From an uncultured virus (IMG/VR IMGVR_UViG_3300045020_000075) (lineage: Duplodnaviria; Heunggongvirae; Uroviricota; Caudoviricetes): 64,000 nucleotides of DNA. The stretch lies in IMG/VR virus record IMGVR_UViG_3300045020_000075; one strand, given 5' to 3'. A program made the translations under genes and the position numbers. Shown one piece after another: positions 38,292 to 48,568 of the stretch. Positions within the stretch are counted from its first letter, which is position 1. Each line of letters opens with the position of its first letter. The notes under the pieces were generated by a model, which saw nothing but the letters and a program-made list of their open reading frames with translations, did no database searches and was not told the DNA's origin.

Positions 38292-39005
38292 ATGAAGCGA
38301 CTCCTGATTGCGACCGTGCTGGCACTGGCGGCACTCCCCGCAGCGGCGGCCGACCTGCCCGTCAAGGCGAGGCCGCTCGCCACGCCGCAGTTCTCGAACG
38401 GCTACAGCGGCTCGGGCTGGTACTTCGGCGTGTGGGCCGATGGCGGCGCCGGGTCCGTCAACGGCACGGTACCGGGCGTCAACGCCAACGGGCTCACGTC
38501 GACCACCGGCTCGATCGGCGGCCTCGTCGGCTACAATTGGGCGCCGGCCGGCAGCCCCGTGACCTACTTCGGCGAGGTCAAGATCGGCTATCAGAACCTC
38601 AACGGCAACCAAGTTGGCCTGTCATTCAGCGGCCCCCTCACGGGCGACGTGGTGCTGGCGGTCGGCGCCCCGCTGGCGCAGATCATGGCGTTCTTCCCGA
38701 ACTTCAACCTGCCGGCACTGCCGACGTTCCAGCTCCCGGCTGGTGTGACGGCAGTCAACAGCCACGGCTATCTGGGCTTTGACGGCCACTTCTACGACGC
38801 CAGCCTGGGCTTCGGTCTCGCGCGCAATTCCGAGTGGATTTTCCAGCCAGGCGTGAAGATCGGCATGCTGACGCAGCTCAGCAACAACCTCGTCGTCGAC
38901 ACCGGCGTCGGCATCTTTGCGGGTGGCAACTCGGTCTGCATCGGTCCGGCGCTGTGCGCGGCACCCGGCACGACCGTCATCGCGTCCGTGGAGTTGAAGT
39001 TCTGA
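38292..39005 (+). CDS. Outer-membrane beta-barrel protein (Omp25/RopB-like)
   Basis: Signal peptide then ADLPVKA; SGWYFG; GGLVGYNW; C-terminal VELKF beta-signal. Confidence 0.85.
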   Translation: MKRLLIATVLALAALPAAAADLPVKARPLATPQFSNGYSGSGWYFGVWADGGAGSVNGTVPGVNANGLTSTTGSIGGLVGYNWAPAGSPVTYFGEVKIGYQNLNGNQVGLSFSGPLTGDVVLAVGAPLAQIMAFFPNFNLPALPTFQLPAGVTAVNSHGYLGFDGHFYDASLGFGLARNSEWIFQPGVKIGMLTQLSNNLVVDTGVGIFAGGNSVCIGPALCAAPGTTVIASVELKF

Positions 39006-39030
39006 ACGAACTGGCGCACTATACGAAACA

Positions 39031-39064
39031 AGGGGCGGCACCGGTTTGCCGCCCTGAGTTTTTG
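39031..39064 (+). terminator. Intrinsic terminator
   Basis: GGGCGGCA-loop-TGCCGCCC followed by a T-run. Confidence 0.7.
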
Positions 39065-39104
39065 TAGCAAACAACAGGATTTAGACGTTAAATAGGAACC
39101 CAAG

Positions 39105-39389
39105 ATGGTTGACTGGACTCAATCCGTCACGGTCGGTCTAACGAGCGCCGGAACTATCGTGGTGGCGGCTTGGCTCGGCGGCTGGAAAGTACGTGATTGG
39201 GTCAGTTCCAAGTTCGACGAGATTGGCGATCAGTTTTCCGAGACCCGCAAGTTGTTTTACGACAAGATCGACGCTCATGAGTCCGTGGATCAGCAGCGAC
39301 ACGAAGAAAACCTTGAACGATTCGCCGACATCCGGGTCGAGATAGCGCGCAAACTTAATGGGAGCGGGACTCACGCGACTAAAGACTAG
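39105..39389 (+). CDS. N-terminal TM plus coiled-coil protein (lysis-associated?)
   Basis: One TM; last rightward gene before the convergent arm. Confidence 0.6.
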   Translation: MVDWTQSVTVGLTSAGTIVVAAWLGGWKVRDWVSSKFDEIGDQFSETRKLFYDKIDAHESVDQQRHEENLERFADIRVEIARKLNGSGTHATKD

Positions 39390-39414
39390 CTACCTATTGC
39401 CCATCGTTGAACGG

Positions 39415-39684
39415 CTACGCTCCGTCGATCTCGCGCGCCAGATCACGGTTTCCCTTCGGGTCATTATCGCCCTCGGGTAGCCCTTCGCCGTCGTGGAATT
39501 TGTGCTCGCCGCACTCGTCATCCGGCCCGGTTCGTGGCCAATAGCCCCTCAGCGTGTCGCCGGGCTCGTAATTTTCGCCTCGCATCAGGACCGGGAACGG
39601 AGGCCAGCGGCGACACACGACCACATCGCCGCCCCGCTGCTGGATGTAGATTCCGAACCGGCAATTGGCGCAACACGGTTCCAT
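39415..39684 (-). CDS. Cys-rich small protein (CANC...CRRWPP...WP...CGEHK)
   Basis: Recurring phage Cys motif. Confidence 0.7.
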   Translation of the reverse strand: MEPCCANCRFGIYIQQRGGDVVVCRRWPPFPVLMRGENYEPGDTLRGYWPRTGPDDECGEHKFHDGEGLPEGDNDPKGNRDLAREIDGA

Positions 39685-41596
39685 TATGGTTTATCTTTCG
39701 CCTCAAAGTGTCCGTCGCTGCGTTCAATTAGGAGAATGCCGGGCCTCGCCATCGCCATAGCGATCTCTTCCGCGTTACCTGTCACGGACCAATATCCTCG
39801 CACGTAGTAGGCGGAAGCGTTTCCGAGTGCGTCGGCAACCTCCTGCGCGTTGTGCGCGGCGATGATCGCCCGATGCCGTCCCATGTAAGAGCCGCCGTAG
39901 ACCTTGAGGCGCTTAGTCATGCTTGTCGACTTTCTGCTCATCTTTGAGCACGTCGCGAACGTCGTGCATCCACGGGGCTCTTTCGTAGACGCTTCGGAGC
40001 ATGGTGCGCAGGCGCTCGATCTCGTAGCGTTGTCTCTGAATCTCACAGTTCGCCGTCTCGACCGCTCTAACAGCCGTGCGGTAGGAGACGTATTCCCCAT
40101 CTCCGACAATCAGGCGATCCAGTTGCGTCATGGCATATCCTCAGATCAGGTATCAGTTAGCCAAGCCACCACCACAAACCGAAAACGATGGCCGCAAACG
40201 CAAGAAGGACAAGCAACAACTTTTCAGCGTTGCCCATTCCTCTCTCTTGGCTTCCCAGTCCCGTTCCCGGCTCTCTATCCATTGCGATCCCCTGATGTGA
40301 TGTCAGTCCCACTCGCCCGGATGTGCCGAGCCGAGCTTTTCAAGTGCGCGGTCGTACCGACGCAAGCAACGCTGCTGCGCCGACTGGCACCGCTTAATGA
40401 CCGCGAAGTCGTCGGGATTGGCGTCAGCGCTCACGGTGCCGCCCTCCAAAAGGGCAACGACGGCGGCGAAGATATTGAGATCGGAGCGAGCTACAGCCGC
40501 TTCCTTCGCCCATTGCGCCGCGGTTTTCTTCGGCTTGCTCATTTGTCCTCCGTCCGCTGACCGGCGGTCATCGCTCGATCGATCTCCTTGCGGATCAGGA
40601 AGCGGTCGACCGCCGACTGCGCTCCGCACGCGCGCTGCACCTGGCCGACGAACCAGCCACGCAGGCTCGCCATGGTCCTACGATCCGTCGTCAGCGCAGC
40701 ATGACGGAGCGACCAATCGCTCGACATATGATTTCCTCAAGCCCGAACATTTCGGCTTGAGTGAGGTGAAGTAGCGCGCGGTTAAATCCGTTTGCCAGCC
40801 GCCGACGGCGATCAGCCACCTGTGCGTCCTCGTCCCGCTGCATGCGAGCTATGAGCTTGCGCGTTTTGCTTGCCTTCGCCATCTTTAAGTCCTTTCAGCA
40901 GTTGCGGTTCACGGCCGCGTTGCACGATCTCAACCTTCGTGTAAGCGCACCATCGCTGCCATGAGCGCAGATCGCATCCGGTCACCTTGGTCTTCGTGGG
41001 CGAGACCGCCATGTAGGTCACGTAGTCATCCCGGACGCCGGTGACGTGACGCATGCGGCCGTTCTTGTAGATCGTCGCGCGAACAATATCATCAACCTCG
41101 GGGCTGATGGTCGGGTCGCGCATCAGGTCGCTGTCTTCCGCGCGGAAGCGCTCAAGATCGGCTTGTTGCTCGCGGATGATCCCCAGCAGCCCTACTTCGG
41201 AATCCTTGAGCACGCAGCCCGCGTCCTCGAAAGAGCCGCCGCCGAAATGGATTGTGGCTGCGCTAACCGAGCGGAACACTTCGTCACAGTGGAAGCATCG
41301 CCATTGCTTTCGCATCGGAATCCCCTGATTTACAAACACAGAACTGGCCCGCAGCGCGCCCGTCATGGAATTTTACCTCGCGCGGCAGACCCTTTGCCTA
41401 GTTGCGAAAAATCTGCCGCCTGGGCTGCGGATTGGCCGTGCCAGGGGGCCTCTATGCGCGCGATAAGCTCCGGCAACTTCCTTTCGATGAAGTCCTCCCG
41501 ATCGTGCCACGAATGCGTGTGTTGCTGGCGGTCATCGAAACGCCACCACTTCCGCAATTCCTCGGCGAATAGGCGAACGGTTTGGTTATCTGCCAT
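39684..41596 (-). CDS. Run of small coupled hypothetical genes (39684-39920, 39913-40131, 40303-40542, 40691-40882, 40812-41315, 41363-41596)
   Basis: Overlapping start/stop codons; 41315 ORF has WRCFHCDEVF...HFG. Confidence 0.55.
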
Positions 41597-41607
41597 GGCG
41601 CTGATCC

Positions 41608-41871
41608 CTATCGTTGGCCAAGACGCCCGAGCTGCTCGGCTCGTTGCCGCATCGACAGCTCGCGCAGCGACCGGTCCCGCACGACCTGTTCCAATGCGTC
41701 CAGCCGGCTCTTGGCGCGTCGCACCGTGACGGGACCACCGGACGGCTCGCGCCCCGCCGCCAGCCAGGACCGCACCGTCGCGTACGGGCGGTCGAACCAG
41801 CGACAGAGGTCGGCCACCGTCAGATTACCGCGCTCGACGCATCGCCTCAACCGCTGCTGGAACGTGCTCAC
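41608..41871 (-). CDS. XRE-like HTH protein
   Basis: LTVADLCRWFDRPYATVRSWL..REP. Confidence 0.7.
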   Translation of the reverse strand: MSTFQQRLRRCVERGNLTVADLCRWFDRPYATVRSWLAAGREPSGGPVTVRRAKSRLDALEQVVRDRSLRELSMRQRAEQLGRLGQR

Positions 41872-42956
41872 GAGCCAAAGACCCCCTTGAGCGCCTGCTC
41901 GATCTCGGCCGAGGGGCCGGGCGGGTTGGGGTTGATGCCGAATGGGGCACCGCTGTTCTGTTGCGGTGCCGCGAACGGCGCCTGTTGCGGCTCGGCCGGG
42001 CGGAACGGTGCCATGGCGGGCTGGCCGGGGTTCTGGGCGGCGTTGTCGGCCGCGATCTCGGCTTGGGTGCGACGCTTGCGACGCTGATGTTGAGGCTCAG
42101 AAGGGGATGCAGCCTGCGCAGGCTGGACGTTCTGTTGTGGCGGTGCCGTAATCGTCGACTGGAAGGCCGCATTCGGGGCAGGCGGCTGGCCAGCTGGAGG
42201 CGGTAAAGGGCTTGTTGGTGCCTCGATCGCCTGCCGCGGCACATCGTTGCGCCCCACGAACGAGTCGGTGGTCCGGGTCGCTAGCGCCTTCTTGCGTGCC
42301 TCGTACAGCGCCTGCGGTGCCCATTCGCCGGTCGGCTCGAACCGCAGGACGCCGTTGACGCCGGGCTCGAACGTGACGCGGGTCATGATCTGTCCGAGGT
42401 CGGCTCGCGTCTTCACTAGCTCGCAGTAGGCTCGCCAGGCTTGGAACGAGCCTGGCGTGATCTTGAGCTGGAAGATCATGCCGACGTACTGCGGCAGGAT
42501 GAGCGCGGTCCAGACCTCGTCCCGGCACGCCTTGATGGCGGCGCCGGACATCTTGGAGACGCGCGAGCCGCGGACATTCTGCTTGCATTCGGCGCACGTG
42601 CGGGCCTGCGGGTTGACGGCGTCGCGCGATGGCGCCACGCCATTGGCGGACCAGCAGTCGGGCGGGTCGTTGCTGTCTGGTGTCCAATCCGGGTTGGCGT
42701 AGAACTGCTTGCACACATGGTCCGAGATGTCGGCCACGAGGGCTTCGAGCGGCGCCGCCTGCTGCTGGCGTTGGCCGTTGGGCAGCGTCACCTCCATGGT
42801 GTGCGCGCGCGTGTTGCCGGCCGCGTCGACCAGCGTAAATTGGTTGCCGCGGATGCTGATGTGCGGCGGCAGCAAGGCGCCGAGCCCCTGGGTGGCGCGC
42901 TCGTTGAGGGTCGGCAGGTTGTCGTCGAGGTAGGCGGGTCGGTTGATGTTGGTCAC
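41868..42956 (-). CDS. Probable ssDNA-binding/recombination protein
   Basis: PHISIRGNQF, PPDCWSANGVAP, CAECKQNVRGS, KAC; low-complexity tail. Confidence 0.6.
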   Translation of the reverse strand: MTNINRPAYLDDNLPTLNERATQGLGALLPPHISIRGNQFTLVDAAGNTRAHTMEVTLPNGQRQQQAAPLEALVADISDHVCKQFYANPDWTPDSNDPPDCWSANGVAPSRDAVNPQARTCAECKQNVRGSRVSKMSGAAIKACRDEVWTALILPQYVGMIFQLKITPGSFQAWRAYCELVKTRADLGQIMTRVTFEPGVNGVLRFEPTGEWAPQALYEARKKALATRTTDSFVGRNDVPRQAIEAPTSPLPPPAGQPPAPNAAFQSTITAPPQQNVQPAQAASPSEPQHQRRKRRTQAEIAADNAAQNPGQPAMAPFRPAEPQQAPFAAPQQNSGAPFGINPNPPGPSAEIEQALKGVFGS

Positions 42957-43183
42957 TTTCGTGGTTCTCCTGGTTGTGGTGCGCAGATCACGCGACCGGA
43001 TTCGTCAGTTTGAATTTCGTGCATGTTGCCTTTTTGGTCGATGCCGGCTGCGAGCACAGACATGCGGGTGTTCACCGAAACCGCTGGCCTCGCGTGATCT
43101 TCCGCATGGATTGCTCCCGCGATAACCATGCCGAAGCCAACGCCGAACCCGAAGCCTAGAATTACACCGCGAATCTCCATCAC
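42953..43183 (-). CDS. Small membrane-anchored protein
   Basis: N-terminal hydrophobic helix. Confidence 0.5.
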   Translation of the reverse strand: MMEIRGVILGFGFGVGFGMVIAGAIHAEDHARPAVSVNTRMSVLAAGIDQKGNMHEIQTDESGRVICAPQPGEPRK

Positions 43184-43587
43184 GATCTCCGAATATTCAA
43201 CTGCTGGTACGTGCTGATCTTCACACCGGGCGGCAGCACACCCTCGTGCGTATCCATGTACTCCTTGACGCTGGTCACCTGGGGTTTGCCGAGCTGCAGC
43301 ATCTCGTTGCCGACCGTCTCCCAGTTGTCCATGCAGAAGTCGATGAAGGCGTCGCGGTTCTCGATTCCTGGGGTCGTGATCACGGACACGTACGCGGTGC
43401 CGTTGGCGGTTTTTATCGCCTCGGCCTTCTCGCCCATGGCGAGCAGCATCTCGCGCAGCTTGGCTTCGATCTGGTCCATCTCGTCACGGTGCGGCTTGCA
43501 GAAGTCGTTGAACGCCTTCTGCTGGCTCGCGAGATGGTCCTTGAGCGCGAGGTAGCGCTCGATCAAAGTGTCGGCTTGGTCGGTCAC
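43180..43587 (-). CDS. Conserved replication-arm protein (Gam/Gp157-like)
   Basis: Coiled coil; IKTANGTAY; LPPGVKI...LNIRRS. Confidence 0.65.
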   Translation of the reverse strand: MTDQADTLIERYLALKDHLASQQKAFNDFCKPHRDEMDQIEAKLREMLLAMGEKAEAIKTANGTAYVSVITTPGIENRDAFIDFCMDNWETVGNEMLQLGKPQVTSVKEYMDTHEGVLPPGVKISTYQQLNIRRS

Positions 43588-43790
43588 AGCGCGATCCTCT
43601 CGCGAGCAGCGTGCGGCGCGCCGCAGTACGCCAGTGCATCCCACTTACACGTTGCCGGCCACTCGGCGAGCTGCGCGAACGTCAGGCGCTTGTGGAACTG
43701 AACCGGGATGATGAGCGCGTGCGCGGGCAGGTCGCGAAACGTTGCGCGATAGTAGCCTCGGGCGATGCGGCGGATCGGGATAGCGGTCAC
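43584..43790 (-). CDS. Hypothetical protein
   Basis: GTGA overlaps at both ends. Confidence 0.5.
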   Translation of the reverse strand: MTAIPIRRIARGYYRATFRDLPAHALIIPVQFHKRLTFAQLAEWPATCKWDALAYCGAPHAARERIAL

Positions 43791-45385
43791 AGTTCACCTT
43801 TACGGATCGTTTCGAGGAGCGCACCCTGGAGTGTTTCGTTGCGCTCCAAACGGTGGAAAATTTCCTGTTCGAGCTTGTTAGAAACGATTTGCACCACAGT
43901 CATCGGATATTTTTGCCCAGGGCGACAGATGCGCTTGATGCCTTGAAGGTAGAGTTCGGTCTTGTCCGTTGGCGTGAACCACACACAAGTATCGGCGGTA
44001 ACGAACTCGTTGATTCCGTGGGCAGTCGCCTGCGGGTCGCAGATCACGATCCGCAGGCGGTCTTCGTCTACTCCAAAGCGCCGTATGACATCCGCTCTCT
44101 CCTTTGCCGAGACATCGCCATTGAGAATGGCGCATTCCCATTTCTTCGACAGCCTCTTGTATAACAAGTTCACAATGCTTGTCAACCCAACAAAGATCAC
44201 AATTTTACGAGTTGTCTCGTTGATCACAGTCTCAATTTCGGAAAAACGCGGTTCGGCATCAACTACGTGTGCCGTGTGGGCCTCGTCATACACTGCCCCG
44301 GCTGAGATTTGCATGAATTTAGAACGGGCCGACGCCTCATTGATTGCCGAAATGGGTTGACCGGTCTTGATCGTGACCTGGAGGTCGCGCTTGAGATCGG
44401 CCATCAACTTGGTCTGTTGCGTCGTCAGCGGCACCTCGCGAACTTGCGTTGTCAATTCAGGTGCGTCCCAAACCTCACTTATGTCGAACCGAATCGCGGG
44501 CTGGAGCAGCTTGCGTGCGAGATCATAGCCATGCTTGAGCGGCATCCACTTGAATTGTGTCGCCTTGTACATGGTCTCGGCCTGGAAGGTCGTGAACGAT
44601 TTGCCGTAGGCGTTGTTGACCATCTTGGCGAGGCCGTAGGCGTCGGTCGGCGCGTTCGGCGTCGGCGTGCCGGTTGCCATCCACAGATAATCGCGGCAGC
44701 CGATCACCAGGCGGGCGATGCGATGTCGCTTGGTGCGAGAGTCCTTGTAGGCAGACGCTTCGTCGACAATCGCCAGACGTATGTCCTTTCGTTCAGCGAG
44801 GGCTCGGGAAAACCCATCCAGCTCAAATCGTTTGCGAGTATGGGCACCCACTCCCACTCCGTCGAAGTTGACCAAGAAATAGTCGACGTTCTGGTCGAGA
44901 GCCCGCAGACGCTGCTCGGCAGTGCCGTAGAGGATCGCAAACGTTCGGCGACCAAGGAAGTTCTTGAAGATCGCATCGGCCCACACCCTTTCCATGATCG
45001 AGAGAGGACACACAATCAAAGCGCGGAACGTGCTGGGCGAGTGCTGGCGCATCAGCCAGTCACTACCCCATAAGATTGCATTTGTTTTTCCTACACCCAT
45101 ATCGCTTAAATTGAAGCAACGAGGATGTGCAACCATAAAGTTAGCAGCTATTTTTTGTGATTCATAGGGCGTAATGCCGGGCGGGCGTGGCCAATCGTAA
45201 TTTTCGTCAGTAATCAGCGGCGCAATGGCGTATCCCATCCACCGCAACGTCTGCGCGTTCTGGAGCGTCGCCGGCACCGCCACCATGGTGCCGTTGATCT
45301 CACGGCTCTCCGGGATTCGCTGGCGGATTGCGTCCGAGCGCGGGTATATCAGGAGGCCGCGGGTCTTGTCGTGGTAAAAGTCCAT
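43787..45385 (-). CDS. SNF2-like superfamily 2 helicase
   Basis: SDMGVGKT, LIVCP, IVDEAS, ATGTP, AHGIN, QGIKRICRPGQ. Confidence 0.9.
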   Translation of the reverse strand: MDFYHDKTRGLLIYPRSDAIRQRIPESREINGTMVAVPATLQNAQTLRWMGYAIAPLITDENYDWPRPPGITPYESQKIAANFMVAHPRCFNLSDMGVGKTNAILWGSDWLMRQHSPSTFRALIVCPLSIMERVWADAIFKNFLGRRTFAILYGTAEQRLRALDQNVDYFLVNFDGVGVGAHTRKRFELDGFSRALAERKDIRLAIVDEASAYKDSRTKRHRIARLVIGCRDYLWMATGTPTPNAPTDAYGLAKMVNNAYGKSFTTFQAETMYKATQFKWMPLKHGYDLARKLLQPAIRFDISEVWDAPELTTQVREVPLTTQQTKLMADLKRDLQVTIKTGQPISAINEASARSKFMQISAGAVYDEAHTAHVVDAEPRFSEIETVINETTRKIVIFVGLTSIVNLLYKRLSKKWECAILNGDVSAKERADVIRRFGVDEDRLRIVICDPQATAHGINEFVTADTCVWFTPTDKTELYLQGIKRICRPGQKYPMTVVQIVSNKLEQEIFHRLERNETLQGALLETIRKGEL

Positions 45386-45449
45386 GGAACTTCCGACCTA
45401 GCTCTGCGTTCCCGTCATGCCCACACACCCGTGGGCGGGGACTTGCCGC

Positions 45450-45710
45450 ATGTGCTTCCCGCTCGAAACCATCAAAATGCTGCTGATCCTGTTCGTCGTG
45501 ATCGCCGCGACCATCGCGATTCTGGGGATTCTGGTCCCGTTCGTCGTGTCAAAGCTCGGAATCGCGCTCGGCGAGGGATGGGCCGTGCTAGTGCGATGTT
45601 TCCGCATCCTCATGTGGGCACTCATCATCATCTTCGTAATCATCCTGTGTTTCGAGATGCTCACCTGCCTGTGGAGCTTCGTGGGAGGCGGTCTTCACCT
45701 CGGGCGATAG
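45450..45710 (+). CDS. Two-TM membrane protein antisense to the replication arm
   Basis: Very hydrophobic 86 aa filling the gap between helicase and VRR-NUC. Confidence 0.6.
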   Translation: MCFPLETIKMLLILFVVIAATIAILGILVPFVVSKLGIALGEGWAVLVRCFRILMWALIIIFVIILCFEMLTCLWSFVGGGLHLGR

Positions 45711-45770
45711 CCAGGTCGAGCGCCTGCAACCCTACCCGCCCGGACCACCGGACATCTGCCGACAACCGTG

Positions 45771-46097
45771 CTAACCTGAGCGCACCGACCGCGACGCCCG
45801 GTAGGTCAGCCAGACCTTGATCTCGGCGATGATCTTGGTGGCGGTGCCCCACGATATGCAGGCTCCCGACTTCTCCCATTCGCGCAACGTCCGCCACTGC
45901 CGCGGTGTCGGTTCCTCGCCGGACCGCTTAGTTTCAATTGCCCAAAAGACGCCGAGGATCGAAGCGTGGCAGTCGATGTCGTCGCGACCATAGCCGCTCG
46001 GCACGGGCCAGCGGTGACAGGCGCCGATTGAATCCAAGAACTTTTTCAGCGCCGCTTTTTCGATGCCTTCGGGGGTCTGCATTTTTCTTTCAGCCAT
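45771..46097 (-). CDS. VRR-NUC nuclease (Holliday junction resolvase-like)
   Basis: TPEG.EK, GYG..DID, FWAIETKR, PTPRQ. Confidence 0.85.
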   Translation of the reverse strand: MAERKMQTPEGIEKAALKKFLDSIGACHRWPVPSGYGRDDIDCHASILGVFWAIETKRSGEEPTPRQWRTLREWEKSGACISWGTATKIIAEIKVWLTYRASRSVRSG

Positions 46098-46230
46098 CCC
46101 AATTCTTGTTGACGTTTTCGAGAACGAAGCCTGTCGGCGAGCCCCGGCACTTCATTCGGGTCCCAGTAAGTCCTGTTGGTGACCGGGTCCCAGTGAAAAA
46201 TTGGCACAAACGCCCGACGAATCACATTTT

Positions 46231-46944
46231 TCATGGCGGCTTCCTGTTGTGTTCGCACGAACGCACGTCGCAGTGACCGCAAAGACCGCTCTTGCGTTTC
46301 ACGAACTCGTTCGCTCGGCAGTCATGCTCGATATTGGCGACGATCTCGTTGACCCGCTTCCACGTTCCGGTGAAGTCCGAGAGGTTATGCGGCGGCCCGA
46401 GCCGGTCCTCGGCGAGCCAGATGTAGTAACCCTTGACGGTTTGCAGTGCCGGAAATCTCGCCTTGAGCAACAGCGCGTTGGTCTCCAGTTCGAACGCACG
46501 CTCGTATTTCGACGATCCGGTCTTGTGGTCGAAGATCGCGGCGCTCGTGCCGTTGACGACCGGCACGTCGATCTTGCCCCGGAACCAGACCTCGGGAGCG
46601 AAGAAGTCGCACGCCTTGCCGTCGTGCGTCATGCCAAGCTTCATCTCGGTCTCGATCTTGTAGCCGTCGAATGGCGCCGCGAACTTCTCCCACTTGTTCA
46701 TCTCGGGCGGGAGAGGCTTGCGGCCACCGATGCGCAGCTCCATCGCTTCGTGCACTTTGGTGCCCCACCGCATCGCGTCGGTCTCGACGAACGGCAGCGT
46801 CTTCCAGACGTAACGATGCGCCATCTGGTGCGGACAAATCTCCGCGTAGGTGTTGAGCATCGTGAACGAGTAGACGGTCGGCTTCTCGGTTTTCGGTCGC
46901 CGGTCGAGGAACGGTGGGATGCCTTCAGTAACAATTTGTGTCAT
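46231..46944 (-). CDS. PD-(D/E)XK (Cas4/RecB-like) exonuclease
   Basis: YSFT..CP, WGTKVH, FRGKIDV, IFDHKTG, SGLCGHCDVRSCEHN. Confidence 0.88.
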   Translation of the reverse strand: MTQIVTEGIPPFLDRRPKTEKPTVYSFTMLNTYAEICPHQMAHRYVWKTLPFVETDAMRWGTKVHEAMELRIGGRKPLPPEMNKWEKFAAPFDGYKIETEMKLGMTHDGKACDFFAPEVWFRGKIDVPVVNGTSAAIFDHKTGSSKYERAFELETNALLLKARFPALQTVKGYYIWLAEDRLGPPHNLSDFTGTWKRVNEIVANIEHDCRANEFVKRKSGLCGHCDVRSCEHNRKPP

Positions 46945-46947
46945 TGT

Positions 46948-47664
46948 TTACATCCTACAAACGCGACATTGCATTCCCGCGAGCGGGTCGCGTCGCGTGT
47001 CCTTCGGTATCCATCCACTCTCGAATTTGAGGCGCAGATCGCGAAGCGAGACCGGCTGCGTATCGCGCCCTGGTGAGCGGAACGTATGTCCTGTCGCTTC
47101 CTCCATAGCCTCGCCCTCAAGGTATGCCGAAAGATTGTCGCGCCAAAGTTCGTACCATTCGATCAGTCGCTGCCAAAAGCACCACATGCAGTCAGAACGA
47201 ATCGGAATGTCGACACCTCGTCTTGCATTGTAGGAGATCACGTCCGCAATGCCCCATCCCCAACGCCGCATCGGAAAGTCCGAATCAACGTTCGGCACGT
47301 CCGCGTAATCGCCACCCTCTCGATCTTCCTCGTCGGCCCGAAGCCCAACATAGGAGATCGCGGGACTGTTGTTCATGAGCCACGCCGCATAGGGCTCGAT
47401 CTTGAGTTTCCGCGTGCACCAACGTTGCCGCCAATTCGGAAGCGCATTCTGCGCCTTGATGAGCCCGACGAGCGTCCCGCCGATGACGGGAATGATGGGC
47501 TTCCCGAGCAACTCGCCCAGCTTGCGCCAATGCGCGAACATGGCGGGCGGCTCGTTCCCGGTCGGCGTGCAGACGTAGACGTAATCACGCGGCTCGATCT
47601 CAGCCAGCCGCAAGGCCATTGCCGTGCTGTCCTTGCCTCCGCTAAGCGCGACGACGTGTTTCAT
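46948..47664 (-). CDS. PAPS-reductase-like PP-loop protein
   Basis: LSGGKDSTAM, TGNE, RWCTRKLKIEP, GLRADE..R, CMWCFWQ. Confidence 0.85.
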   Translation of the reverse strand: MKHVVALSGGKDSTAMALRLAEIEPRDYVYVCTPTGNEPPAMFAHWRKLGELLGKPIIPVIGGTLVGLIKAQNALPNWRQRWCTRKLKIEPYAAWLMNNSPAISYVGLRADEEDREGGDYADVPNVDSDFPMRRWGWGIADVISYNARRGVDIPIRSDCMWCFWQRLIEWYELWRDNLSAYLEGEAMEEATGHTFRSPGRDTQPVSLRDLRLKFESGWIPKDTRRDPLAGMQCRVCRM

Positions 47665-47667
47665 TGT

Positions 47668-47796
47668 TCACTCGTCTGTATCTGGCTCGTCATCGACATA
47701 TCCGCTCCCTTCGCATTCGCGGCACTCGACCCACATCCCGTCGATATCGTTCCAGCCGCCACGGCCGTCGCACTCGGGGCAATCGATGAGGGGCAT
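47668..47796 (-). CDS. 42-aa DnaJ-type Zn finger (CxxCxGxG x2)
   Basis: Hand translation MPLIDCPECDGRGG...CRECEGSGYV. Confidence 0.7.
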   Translation of the reverse strand: MPLIDCPECDGRGGWNDIDGMWVECRECEGSGYVDDEPDTDE

Positions 47797-47821
47797 GGTT
47801 GATATCCTATGACTGATCGGC

Positions 47822-48088
47822 TCAGCAGTTAATGAGCCAGTGAACGCGATTGCAATCGTCCGGACAATCGACGTGGTTGATGCCGTCGAAAGCGTCCTTC
47901 CTCTCGCGCGGCTCCGAAACCTCCCACCTGTTCGCCGTCGTTCCGGGCGGGTCCATGCGGGTCGCTTCCTCTCCGACCTCCTCGGGCGCCCATGACTTCG
48001 GAGCGCAAACGACGCGATAGATCAGGCCCCACCCACAAGGGAAAAGGCGATCTTCGGTCAGGTCGACCTTCTTCACAGGCTCGTTCAT
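47822..48088 (-). CDS. Hypothetical protein
   Basis: GGAGG SD; PPGTTANRW...CPDD..RVHWLINC. Confidence 0.7.
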   Translation of the reverse strand: MNEPVKKVDLTEDRLFPCGWGLIYRVVCAPKSWAPEEVGEEATRMDPPGTTANRWEVSEPRERKDAFDGINHVDCPDDCNRVHWLINC

Positions 48089-48097
48089 CCATTCCTC

Positions 48098-48568
48098 CTA
48101 TCCGAACAACTTCCCCAGCGCCGCCACGATCCTGGTGCGCGAGCGCTTGTTAGTGGTTTGCAGGTTGCCGATCAGACTCATCAGCAGCGAGGCATCCTCT
48201 GTTTTCATCCCACCCAGCTCGGGCAAGAGGCCGATCGGGACCATCAGGGGGCGCGGCTGCTTGGCCTTGCGACCGCGCCGCCTTTGTTCGCCACGTTCAA
48301 CCACGGCGGCGACTTGCGCGACTGGTCCGGGCTGCAACACGGTCGCCGGCATTGTCCGCCGGGCGCCGCGGGGCTTGCCGCGCCGGCTAGTCTTCGCCGG
48401 GCTCGGGGAGGCGGGGGCGCGGCGGGTGTACTTCCGTTTTGGCTTCCCGGTCTCGCCATTTGTCGGGATCGTCGGGGTGGCCGGCGGAGATTGTGTCTCG
48501 GTCGTACCCTCGAACATCGGTGATTGTGGCTTGAACTCCGGGAACGTCTGTTTGGTCGCGTCGTCCAT
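48098..48568 (-). CDS. Basic low-complexity DNA-binding-like protein
   Basis: AAGGAG SD; KPKRKYTRR. Confidence 0.6.
   Translation of the reverse strand: MDDATKQTFPEFKPQSPMFEGTTETQSPPATPTIPTNGETGKPKRKYTRRAPASPSPAKTSRRGKPRGARRTMPATVLQPGPVAQVAAVVERGEQRRRGRKAKQPRPLMVPIGLLPELGGMKTEDASLLMSLIGNLQTTNKRSRTRIVAALGKLFG

Noticed and set aside
46231..46944. Cas4 of a CRISPR system
   Set aside because: Stand-alone phage exonuclease in a replication module; no array
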